From Octopus sinensis (Eukaryota), in the NCBI RefSeq assembly GCF_006345805.1, contig NW_021836800.1:1-26033 (forward strand): a stretch of DNA of 26,033 bases, given 5' to 3'. This document shows positions 7,930 through 19,480 of this stretch, one piece after another (position 1 is the stretch's first letter; each line of letters starts with the position of its first letter). The notes under the pieces were generated by a model, which saw only the letters and a list, made by a program, of their open reading frames with translations, did no database searches and was not told where the DNA came from. Both the position numbers and the translations under genes were made by a program.

Positions 7930-8512
7930 CTCTGTACCATGCGTGTGTGCTCACGTCACTCTTTTATTCATGTGTGAGATGGAGCCTTTACGGACATACA
8001 TCGCATATGTGTCCTTGAGCGCTTCCCTCAGGGGTATCTGAGACTCATCTGTAGGTAGATCCTTGAGGACTCCAGATACAAAGATCTTGAAGGAAGTTGA
8101 TGTTTTGAGCATTGAAGTGATAGTGTACAGGCATCGCTTACCTTGCAAAGGACTCCTTGTTCGGATGAGTGAAGGGAAAATCCCTTAACGGTTGTTATAT
8201 GGTAAACCTGTTTGTGGAAAGCGCCACTATTGGAAACCAAAGCCACGATTTAATGGCTATGTAAAATCTTTGTTGAAGTCATGCGAAATATGTGACTTCA
8301 AATTGGAAAACGGAGGAAACAAATAAAGGACAGAGTGGATATTTTTGAAAAAACGACGCATTTTTTTATGCAGAAATTTTGCGACTTGTTGGCAACCGCA
8401 CTGCCAGTTAAACTGAATGGGGTACGCTTGGTCTGCAATATGTGTGGACGTGAATACTCATCAAGAGCTGGACTCATTAATCACCAGCGGAAGCATAAGT
8501 ATCAAATATAAA
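7930..8512 (+). mobile_element. RTE-clade LINE 3' end with C2H2 zinc finger (frameshifted)
   Basis: LYHACVLTSLFYSC..LERF..TPDTKILKEVDVLSIE..VRMSEGKIP*RLLYG..KPKPRF..KSCEI and terminal CNMCGREYSSRAGLINHQRKH. Confidence 0.85.
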
Positions 8513-8514
8513 TT

Positions 8515-8680
8515 TGTCTGATCTTTCTTTTTCCTATGTTCCTGACGAAGAGCTCCGCTTGAAACGTTAAATCCTCCTTCTTTCTTTCCTTTCCTGAGCG
8601 TCCAATAACACTATACTTGTTCCACGTCCTCGCGTTGTTGTGCTTCGTCTTTGTGTTTTCATGCTTGAATTAACTTTAAA
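8515..8680 (+). mobile_element. Short dispersed repeat with minimal hammerhead motif (Penelope pLTR-like), copy 1
   Basis: Homologous to 10335-10515; CTGACGA-A-GAGC-TCC-GCTT-GAAACGTT-AAAT at 8542-8572. Confidence 0.75.
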
Positions 8681-9055
8681 TATAAAGGGGGAGATAGATA
8701 AATAGAGAGAGAGAGTGTTTGTGTGTGAAAGAGAGAGAAGAGAATAAAGTGTTATCACTAAAATGCAAGAGAACGGTTTATCAGCCCCCAGATATTTGAG
8801 GGGTTAAACTGATCGTTTGGGGAGTGGACTCAAAATTATTAAGTACTGGGAAACAACCAAGTACCTCAAGCCATTTTTCCCGACACTCTACCAATTCTCC
8901 CTAAATAAGAATGCTTCGTTTTGTTCATGTGCGTGTGTGTGTTTGTGTGTGTGTGTCAGTGTGTGCGGGTGAGGTAGGGGTTTAATTTTTTTTAATTTTT
9001 TTTTTTTTTTGCTTTTTGTGCATACGGAGTTTCCAATTAATTTGTTGTGACATAG

Positions 9056-9148
9056 CGTCTGTTTTGCGAGACGAGAGACTTGATAACATTGGAACATGAA
9101 GTTGAAGAAATGGAAGCATTATGGATGGAACAATTGGGAACCGTCGAA
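9056..9148 (+). CDS. Candidate internal coding exon (93 nt, phase 0-0), unknown gene
   Basis: TAG acceptor at 9053-9055 after a T-rich tract, GTCAGA donor at 9149; open peptide RLFCETRDLITLEHEVEEMEALWMEQLGTVE. Not recognised; splice sites are only moderate. Confidence 0.3.
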
Positions 9149-9285
9149 GTCAGAGAGAAAGAGAGAGAAAGAATGAATGAAAGAAAGAACGAAAGGAAGA
9201 AAGAGAAGGAATACTGACGAAGTAACAGAACGAGACAAGATGGAGATGAGGAAAAAGAGAAAGTTTTAGAAATAAAGACTTTCTG

Positions 9286-9326
<41 letters not shown>

Positions 9327-9394
9327 CGAGGGTTTGCCTTGAGAGATTTATTGCTTTCTCCGTTCATTACTAACACCAGTGACCCGTATGCAGT

Positions 9395-9872
9395 GTGAGA
9401 GGAGAAGGAGAAGGAGAAGGAGGAAGCAGAAGGAGAGACGGGGAGAGGTCAGTTGTTTGCAGTCCCGCAGTGATGCGAGAATAAAATATCTCCACAGCCT
9501 TTAACAAATATAACAACAACAAAAACAACAGCGACAACAACAACAACAACAGTATTATAAAACCAATAAGCCAAAACAAAAACAAAAAAAATTGAAACAA
9601 GATATAAAATATGAAGCAAAATAGAATTATAAAAGTGCAACAACGACAACGACAACAAAACCAACACCATCGACGAAGACAACAACAACAACGACAATTA
9701 TATTTTATTGAAATAAAAAAAAGAAAACACGGAAAATGCAAATACAATAAAGATATAACCATGTACAAATTATACTGCAACAAGAACCACTACAGCTGCT
9801 GCTGCTGCTACTACTACTACTACTACTACTGCTATTGCTACTGCAGTTGATGATGATGACGATGATGTGTCG

Positions 9873-9911
<39 letters not shown>

Positions 9912-9939
9912 GCCGCTGCTGCTGCTGCTTCTGCCGCTG

Positions 9940-10005
<66 letters not shown>

Positions 10006-10030
10006 TACTACTACTACTACTACTACTAGA
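9395..10030. repeat. Simple-repeat block: (GAAGGA)n, (CAA)n, (CTA)n, (CTG)n
   Basis: Direct inspection; explains the poly-T/V/L ORFs. Confidence 0.9.
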
Positions 10031-10052
10031 GCACGTAATGATATATATATAT

Positions 10053-10263
10053 GTTTTATATCTTTTACTTGTTTCAGTCATTAGAGTGCGGCCGTCCTGG
10101 GGCACCGCCTTGAATTTTTAGTCGAATGAATCGAACCAGTACATATTTTTTAAGCCTGGTACTTATTGTATCACTCCTTTTGCCAAACCGCTAAGTTACG
10201 GTGACGTAAACAGAACAACACCGGTTGCCAAGCCGTAATGGGGGTACAAACACAGACACAAAG

Positions 10264-10296
<33 letters not shown>

Positions 10297-10300
10297 TATA
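10053..10300 (-). mobile_element. SINE family A, 3' half (broken at the internal microsatellite)
   Basis: Tail-to-middle homology with 1265-1500. Confidence 0.85.
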
Positions 10301-10334
10301 TATATATATACATATATATAGACATACATGTGTA

Positions 10335-10515
10335 TCGTTGGCAATTTTCTCTCTTCGTCTTCCCTTCCTTGGACCTTTCCTTTTTCCTGTTTCTGACGAA
10401 GAGCTCCGCTCAAAACGTTAAATCAATCCTCCTTCTTTCTTTCCTTTCCTGAGCGTCCAATATCACTATACTCATTCCAAGTTCTCGCGTTGTTGTGTTT
10501 TCTCGTTGTTCATGT
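10335..10515 (+). mobile_element. Short dispersed repeat with minimal hammerhead motif, copy 2
   Basis: GTTT-CTGACGA-A-GAGC-TCC-GCTC-AAAACGTT-AAAT at 10389-10423; flanks homologous to 8515-8680. Confidence 0.75.
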
Positions 10516-10956
10516 TTGGAGTAACTACACACCCACACACACACACACAATAAATTTACTTTTTGCGCTTATGAATTTGTTTAGACGGAGCAGGAGGATA
10601 TACGTGGATGGAAGAGGTTTGAGATCTGTGACAAAAGATTTCCAGACAATGGACATGAGACAAAATAAGAACAAGAATAAGCGAATGAAGAACGAATATG
10701 TACTGCGATTGTTTATTGCCCAAAAAAAAAAAAAAGGTGAAATTGATAATCCTGGAACTTGAAAAAAATATTTCACTTTTCTTATGTTCTTTCTCCTTCG
10801 CAGCATCCTCCTAAAACCACAGAACTTTATGTGTGTTACCAGATTCAGCTCTGGTAAACGTTTATATATTTATTTAGATATAAAGATGTAATATATTTTA
10901 GGGACTACAATTTTATAAAGTGTTTAGGACGGTAACTATAATGAACATCATAATTT

Positions 10957-11165
10957 AGTGTGATAAGAAGTTTGCTTTCCAAGCACATGGTTCCGGGTTC
11001 AGTCCCACTGCATGATACCTTGGACAAATGTTTTTACGCTATAGCCTCGAACCGACCAAAATTTTTGTGAGTGCATTTCATTGAAAGAGACTGGAATAAA
11101 CCCGTCGTACATATATGTGTGTGTGTGTGTATGTTTGTTGTGTGTGTGTGTGTGTGTGTTTGAGT
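10957..11165 (+). mobile_element. SINE family A, 5' half
   Basis: CACATGGTTCCGGGTTCAGTCCCACTGC..CCTTGGACAAATG..CCCGTCGTA followed by (TG)n. Confidence 0.8.
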
Positions 11166-11214
11166 GTGCATGCATGTATGTATGTATCTATTTATAAAGT
11201 TGAAATTTATAGAA

Positions 11215-11375
11215 AGAACAAAAGACGAAGACAGGTGTATGAACAACAAGCAAGTATATTAGTTTCACGCGTGGTAAAATGAAAAAGTCGTTTCGAGCCT
11301 ACGCTCGTCATCAGAAGGGAATAAGGGATAATAAACAGAGAGAGAATGAAAAAAAACTTGTAGATTTAGTGGTCA
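11215..11375 (-). mobile_element. Related short dispersed repeat with hammerhead core (Penelope pLTR-like)
   Basis: Minus strand CTGATGA-C-GAGC-GTAG-GCTC-GAAAC (11314 to 11290), followed by a T-rich 3' part similar in organisation to the 8515 and 10335 elements. Confidence 0.6.
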
Positions 11376-11814
11376 AGCATGGCGATTTTTTCTTACAAGC
11401 ATACTTACAAAAAAATATACACGGAAAAAGAGATAAGAATACATAAAAATATTTAGAAAATAAATTTTTAAAATATACATATCATATATACATACATATA
11501 TATATATATATATAATATATATATAATATATATATATGATAGAAAAGTATGTGTGAAGAAGAAGTGGAAGAAGAAGCACAACAACAACAACAGGAGGAAG
11601 GAAGGAAGAAAGCGAAGAAGAGGAAAAACGTAAAATGAATTCAAGAAAAAATGAATATGTAAATAAAAATAAAATGAAATAAATATGCTAAATAGTATTT
11701 GAAAACAGTGAGGAGAAGAGTTAAGTCTATCAAGAAGAAGGAAATGGAATATTCTGGAGTGGTCAATAATGTTGTGTGGTGTTTATATATTCACGTATGT
11801 GCATATGTTTATAT

Positions 11815-12014
11815 ATTCTCTGGAGAAGGACATCATGCTCGGAATGGTCAGTGGCAAGAGAGGAAGAGGCCGACCAAGAACCCGCTGGCTTGACACCATC
11901 AAGAGTCATTCCAGAATGGCCATAGTCAATCTGAAAGAACCGATCCAGGTTAGAACTGGCTGGAGAACACTGACCCATCGAGTAACCGAGAGTCGACTTC
12001 GACTGAGCGGATAG
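11815..12014 (+). mobile_element. BovB-like RTE LINE extreme 3' end, frame intact
   Basis: SLEKDIMLGMVSGKRGRGRPRTRWLDTIK..RTGWRTLTHRVTESRLRLSG*, matching the BovB/RTE C-terminus (SLEK.LMLG.I.G.RRRGR.R.RWLD...W...VH.V..SR.RL). Confidence 0.85.
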
Positions 12015-12585
12015 ATGGATAGATTCATATACACACATGAAGATATACACACATACATATATCAATATACATACATGCCTCTTAAATCTTATACCTTTGA
12101 ATGTATGACTCTGATTTAATTGGAGTTTTTACCTAGCAGCCAACTAATCAACCCAAGCCTGGACAGTACCAAACTCTCTTAAGAAACTTTATGTGATATT
12201 TTCAAACGAGAAACTTTTATGTAATACTTTCATACTTAGCCATGACAAACTTGACAAATGAGGCAGCGAGACACATCGAAGCATCTGCGCTGCGCCATAT
12301 TTTAATCTCATGAACTTATATTCAATAGTTGTCCAATCAAAATCACTGTTCGCCATCTTGTCTCTAGATGTAAAAAGAAAAAAAAACTGAGACGATGTGG
12401 AAAGTGAAGCGTTGAAACAGACTAAAGCTGACTATATCGTGAGACAGGAACTCACTTTAACACAGTAACAACGCGTTTAGATAGATTTGTTATAAATGGT
12501 AGTATTTTGCAATGTTGATATACATCAGAACACACGCACGTACACGCACGATAAAACACACACACACACACACACTTAGACACAG

Positions 12586-12616
<31 letters not shown>

Positions 12617-12679
12617 CAAGTACAAGTACATAGATAACTGTAAATATACTCGTGAAATATGTATTTTGATACACACGCA

Positions 12680-12724
<45 letters not shown>

Positions 12725-13330
12725 GCATGTCTGCGAATGTGCGTTTAACATACATGCGTTCATATATGTACGCGCACACTCACGCACACGCCTACACACA
12801 CACATATATATAAAATATATATATACAGACATCCCATACACTCATTTATGTGTGTATATATATATATAATATATATGCTAATGTGTGTGTGGATGTGCGT
12901 GTGTCTGTATCACAAAAACTTACTAAATACTTTTATGACAAGTCACATCCTGGCAATAAATTTTTCCCCGGAAATATAATTTTTATCAGATATCTAATGC
13001 GATGTTTCATATTTTTTCCGTGCTGAATATTTTCCATTAAGGGCATGTGTAAGTTTGAAAGTAAAGTACACCGAGTCAGTTGTTCGTATACAGTGGTGGA
13101 AGCATAAATTATGTTAATGAATATGAAACTTTAGATATTCATATTCCGAGGTAATCTTTTGAATGTTATATGAGAATTGAATAAACGCATATATATATAT
13201 ATATCCGTACATTTATGTATGGATATATATATATATATTATATATATATATATATATGGAGAGAGAGAGAGAGAGAGATAGAAAGATAGATAGATAGATA
13301 TATGTATGTATGTATATATATATATATATA

Positions 13331-13640
13331 TCATCACCATCACGTGACCGACCTGTCCATCGGATGTAGTTACACATCGCTGGTTACAATGCGTTCGCAT
13401 TGTTTTAGGCTTCGAATGACGCCACCCCGCTGGCTAAGCGAGCAGGCCAACAGAAGAAAGAGTGGGAGAAAGAATGGTGAAAGAGTAGAGCAGGGATCAC
13501 CCCCCCCCCTGCCGGAGCCTCGTGGAGCTTTTTAGGTGTTTTCGCTCAATAAACTCTCACAACGCCCGATCTGGGAATCGAAACCGCGATCCTACGACCG
13601 CGAGTCCGCTGTCCTAACCACTAGGCCATTGCGCTTCCAC
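13331..13640 (-). mobile_element. tRNA-derived SINE family C, tail type 1
   Basis: Head GTGGAAGCGCAATGGCCTAGTGGTTAGG..GGTTTCGATTCCC (A and B boxes, tRNA-Arg-like); ends in GTGATGGTGATGA. Confidence 0.85.
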
Positions 13641-14111
13641 ATCCACATATATATATATGTATGTATGTATATGCATGGATATATATGCGTGTATATGTAC
13701 ATGTAGAGGTAGGTACGTACATATATGTTTATATATATGCATATGTTTTTTTTTATAATATATATATATAATAATATAAATATAATATATTATATATATA
13801 TATATATCCATACATTAATGTATAGATATATATAGACATGCAAATATGTGTGTGTGTGTGTGTGTATTGTATTCATGCATATATATTATACTATATTTTT
13901 ACAAAAATTAATAGACACAATTTCTGTTAATTTTTCCAGTTTCATTATCAGATGTTTATAAGTTTACGAAAGGTATTATATATTATATATTCAATATTAT
14001 ATATTCAATATTATATGAATATATATGTATATGTATGTATGTATATCTATATATACAGTGGAATGCGTTATGATGTGTGCAGGTGTTTATCCTTAATTCT
14101 GACGGATATAT

Positions 14112-14155
<44 letters not shown>

Positions 14156-14240
14156 AGGAGATTCCTGAGTTCATTAAAAGATACAGTTTTGCAATCGAGC
14201 ATAGAGGACATTATGTTGACTCATGAATATATGGTTCGGT

Positions 14241-14560
14241 ATTCATTTTTATTTATGCGCCCTTTTCAAGCTTAGCCAGGTTCATGGGCCCGGTTTCCCG
14301 CTTTTCTATGGCGTATGTGTTCCCCCCAGCTAGACGGGACGCCAGTCCATCGCAGTGTTACTCAAGAAGCAGGAAGATAGAGTGAGAGAAAGTTGGGGCG
14401 AAAGAGTACAACAGGGGTCGCCACCACCCCCTACAGGAGCCTCGTGGAACTTCAGATGTTTTCGCTCAATAAACACACACAATGCCCGGTCTGGGAATCG
14501 AAACCGCGATCCTTCGACCGCGAGTCCGCTGCCCTAACCACTGGGCCATTGCGCCTCCAC
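14241..14560 (-). mobile_element. tRNA-derived SINE family C, tail type 2
   Basis: Same head and ~190-bp 5' body as 13331-13640, then an unrelated 3' part beginning GAGTAACACTGCGATGGACTGGCGTCCCGTC. Confidence 0.85.
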
Positions 14561-14841
14561 ATGTTTCGGTATTAGGACCTTCTATATTGTTGTTGTTCTG
14601 GTTGTTTTGCCTTCAGATTTATATCGAATGGCTTGCTGTATGTCGCTTCTCGGGATGACTAAAGATTGGAAAATGTTTTGTTGAATCCGTATTAACATTT
14701 TGCCTGCCATGGACCCTATATAACGTTTGATCTCTCTGGTTGTTGTCATAATTTGCCGATCACCAAGCTTGCGTGGTAATTTTGGTCGCTTAGTCGCCGA
14801 TGGCCTGACGATGCATCAGGTTATACTGAATTACATGTTAC

Positions 14842-14908
14842 CAGTAGCTCGCAATACGTCCATTGATGAATCATCTGGTGTTTGGATCATCGAAGCCGTT
14901 ATGTATTC
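14842..14908 (-). CDS. Candidate exon on minus strand (67 nt), unknown gene
   Basis: Acceptor TTGCATATTTTTACAG|G, donor CTG|GTAACA; open frame EYITASMIQTPDDSSMDVLRAT. Not recognised. Confidence 0.25.
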
Positions 14909-15197
14909 CTGTAAAAATATGCAAGACTAAAATGACAAATCAAATACATATAACAATTCAAATTTGATCAGCAAAACGAATAGGTAAGATTATATTGAGA
15001 TTAATGTTAATCACCCACTATTAAAATTAACAGAGAAATTCAAATGATCTGAGCATTCAATACGAATCTGAATATTATAGGTTGCATTATATAATGATCA
15101 ACTACAGTATTTACGTGTCTATCGAATTTGCGTTCGTCAGTAAAAATGATAAATTGTTCTCTCTAAAATTGTTACCGCTGTCGTCGTTTTTGGTGAA

Positions 15198-15364
15198 TGA
15201 TGATGATGATGGTGGTCGTGACGATGAAGCTGATGTTATCGATAAGGATGATGATGATGATCATCATCATCATCATCATGGTCATGATGGTGATGGTGAT
15301 GATTATGATGGTGATAATGATGATGGTGGTCGTCGTCGTAACGATGATGTTGATGTTATCGATA

Positions 15365-15397
<33 letters not shown>

Positions 15398-15485
15398 GTG
15401 ATCGTGACGATGATGCTGATGTTATCAATAAGCATTATGATGATGATGATGGTGATGATGATGATGACGACGATGATGATGACTA
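15198..15485 (+). repeat. (GAT)n/(CAT)n repeat with three embedded ~45-bp higher-order units
   Basis: GTCGTGACGATGA(A/T)G(C/T)TGATGTTATC(G/A)ATAAG recurs near 15215, 15332 and 15401. Confidence 0.85.
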
Positions 15486-15849
15486 TGAGAGTGAATTATA
15501 CATCACATGATAGGCGATCCGGTTATGATCATTCAATGGTAAATTGTATATCTAAGTATATCTAAGGTGAAAATTCTAGCTAATACGCGTACTTCCTTTT
15601 CTGAGTTGTTAAAGGTGTACTTGAAGGAGCTACACATGTTCTTTCGAGTATTTACACTGACTAAATGGAATCTAATCTCACATTTAAAATTTTGAGGATT
15701 TTATTGTGGGTAATTCTATGTACCAATCTTGAAATTAGGCTACTAAAAAACATAAAGGAGCAAAGTGATTCAAGAACTACAAATCCCAGCTCTAAAACAT
15801 TGTAAAACTTTCCAGAAAAATATAGATGCCCATGTCTAGGCATGCAACT

Positions 15850-16260
15850 ATATGCATATTATTCTCATTACATCTTTGGGCATGCGATGCAGTACATGAG
15901 ATCTTCCCTTGCAATTCCTTCCCATTATTCAATAAAATTTGGGGGTGACTCTGGATCAGTTATTACCACGGCATCAAAAGTGTGTTACTTGTATTATTCC
16001 TTTCTCTAATGAGAATCTCGCTTTTGCTAGAAGTCTCTTGAGATTTGATGGTTGTTTTCACTTGTTGATGATTTGTGACATTTTGTTTTATTATTTGTCG
16101 GAGATTTGAAGAGTGGTGAAGAATTGGGAGGCATCGTTAGATTGAATATAGGATATTGGGGTTCCTAAGATTGTGGGTGAAACAAATGAGATATTCATGT
16201 GTATTTTCGTTTTCCCGCTTAGCAAGATTGTTTCTCCGTAACGTGTAAATAAGGATTGCT
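15850..16260 (-). mobile_element. Penelope-like element remnant (linker and start of GIY-YIG)
   Basis: Minus strand across frameshifts: THNLRNPN..LPILHHSSNLRQIIK, then KQPSNLKRLLAKARFSL, then LMYCIACPK/CNE; typical of the PLE RQP.NLKRLL.RA.F and LIY.I.C..C..YIG region. Confidence 0.7.
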
Positions 16261-16595
16261 TTTGCTTTGGCTATGACATGATTTATCAACTGAGCGGGGT
16301 ATATTTCTCTTTTAAAATAACATATTTAGGTTTCTGACATCTACAGGTATCTGTAGCATAAGGATAAGCGTATCCTTCATAGTCTCATTTCTTATTTCAA
16401 AAAAGATTATTCAGACATTAATAAAAGAAAAAAACAAAAAGAAAAAAGCGGAAAAAAAATAGGTTCGGTTTGCTAGCTGATGATCGGAAACGCGAAAACT
16501 CTGAGCACTGAAATCGGAAACTTTCAGTTATAATATATCAAACAATGGTCTGCATACATTTGTTCGTATCCTGTAATTTATCGTTTCTGGTGAAT

Positions 16596-16659
<64 letters not shown>

Positions 16660-16708
16660 ATACTATCTATATGTCTCACACACCTCTCTCTCTCTATGCA
16701 TACATAAG

Positions 16709-16739
<31 letters not shown>

Positions 16740-16771
16740 TATTTACATCCACATATATACTCGCACGTATC

Positions 16772-16810
<39 letters not shown>

Positions 16811-17209
16811 TGGATCTAAATGCATATATATGTCGTTTTGACATTCTTAATGTTTGCTCAAGAGAAATAACTCAGCGGCCAATGGTGTTTCAATACCAAA
16901 AAGAAAGACGGCTCTCTTGAAAGCCACAGAAATAACACTCTGAGTAATATCTATTAACTCATTTCCGTTTCATTTATGAAAATTACCTAAGCATAAATAT
17001 GACTTTCTTGTATTTTATTTTGTATAAGCTAGGCAATTGCTGTGTACATGAGGCCTATTGAGACACAAACAAGTACTTCTTTTCAGACAATCAGAACATC
17101 AAATAAGGAGAAGAAAATATATCCGTGTCTCATGTGGAGTTGATACTAAGCGATTGGTCTACCCTCTCTGAAAGCGGATATAATATCATTAAATCAAGAT
17201 TACACATGT

Positions 17210-17226
17210 ATATCTCTATCTATCTC

Positions 17227-17272
<46 letters not shown>

Positions 17273-17526
17273 GATCTATCTATCTATCTATTACCTATAT
17301 ATATATATACATGTATATATATATATTATATACACACACATTATATATATATTATATATATATATAATACACACACACATATATATATAGTATATATATA
17401 CATACACAAACATATATATATATATATACACATATATATATATAGCATATATATATATATATTATATATATACATATATATATATATAATATATATATAT
17501 ATATAATATATATATATATACATATA

Positions 17527-17560
<34 letters not shown>

Positions 17561-17609
17561 CATCTATATATTATATAATATATATTATATATAACATATT
17601 ATATATCTA

Positions 17610-17670
<61 letters not shown>

Positions 17671-17750
17671 TTATATACATATCTATAGATATATATATAT
17701 ATATATTATAGTAGATAGATAGATAGATAGATAGATAGATACACATAGTG
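17210..17750. repeat. (TATC)n/(TA)n/(GATA)n microsatellite block
   Basis: Direct inspection. Confidence 0.95.
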
Positions 17751-18456
17751 ATTATATATTCTGTTTTTATTTCAATTATATATATATATATATGGGAATA
17801 TGTTTGTGAGTGTCTATATATTCTTCAATCTAGCTACCAGTCTTTTTAAAGTCACATAGTCACTCGTCTATTCTTTCAGTTTGATTCTATATTGTTCACC
17901 ATGACAGGCTGTGGAGAGCAGGTTTGAATAAGAAAAGAAAAAGATGCATCTATCTGAGCTGTCTGTGTATTATACTATCCCATATAAACACACACACACG
18001 TATATGACAGTATGTAAGTATGCATATATATATGTGTATGTATGTAGAGTATGTGTGTGTGTATATATATATATGACTACTTATGAGTGTGTTTCTTTCT
18101 GCGTGTGCGTGTGTATTTTTGTGAGTTTGTTCTTATTTGCGTATGTATAGATTTGTCTCTCGACTTAGCTGCCACCGTTTACCTAAGATTAAAAGCTTAG
18201 AGGAAGATTAATGTATTTTTCGCAAGGGAGATAATAGCAACGATACATCACTTGACATTTTTTCCTGATTGTTGTACACCACTTTGTATAGCAGAACACA
18301 CCCATACTCACATACACTTCCCCCATTCGCACATATATGCAAAAATACAGACATGTACGTGTTTACTCACATTTATAGAAACGCATACATAAATACACAC
18401 ACAACATATATATATATATAGTTAAGCACACAAACACACACAAAAAGATATATATG

Positions 18457-18491
<35 letters not shown>

Positions 18492-18660
18492 GTATGTATA
18501 TATATATGTATGTATATAATATGTATGTATATGTATCTATATATATATATAATAATATATATATATATATATATAAATATATATATATATAATACTATAG
18601 ACCATGCGTGCATAAGCATAAGTTGTTAATGAAACAGACACAGACTCGTACAATACGACT

Positions 18661-18699
18661 GGTTTACTGACGAACCTCTCACAATTGAAACGTATAACC
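18661..18699 (+). ncRNA. Minimal hammerhead-like motif, stem II degraded
   Basis: GGTTTA-CTGACGA-ACCTCTCACAATT-GAAACGTA-TAACC: core, palindromic ACGT stem III, GUA triplet, stem I GGTT(T)A/TAACC. Confidence 0.45.
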
Positions 18700-18999
18700 A
18701 GAAACAATGAAAATTTCTTCATATTTCATTTTGACTTTTTCAAGTATTTATTGTTACATTTTAAGTATTCTTTGATTTTTTTTTAAATGTTGTTTCTAAA
18801 CATGCTGTTGAGAATGCGTGTATGTGTCAATCTTTGTGTTTGTGGAGTTCTATACGATTTATGGTTGAGCGCAGGTGTCTTCTCGTGCGCGCGTTCGCGT
18901 GTGATTGTGTATATGTTAAAATAATCGAAGCTACCTGTACTAAAAAAGTACATTAACTATTTGCTATTGTGTTTGTAAATATATATGTATATATATACA

Positions 19000-19480
<481 letters not shown>

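Noticed and set aside
9770-10121. Poly-Thr/Val/Leu ORFs
   Set aside because: (CTA)n/(CTG)n triplet repeats that are open in several frames.
13565-13640. tRNA gene (also 14485-14560, 7127-7225, 23480-23573)
   Set aside because: A/B boxes are present but acceptor and anticodon stems are incomplete and the sequence continues into SINE bodies.
16477-16497. CTGATGA-TCG-GAAACGCG hammerhead-like string
   Set aside because: No stem II, no UH triplet and no stem I; compatible with chance.
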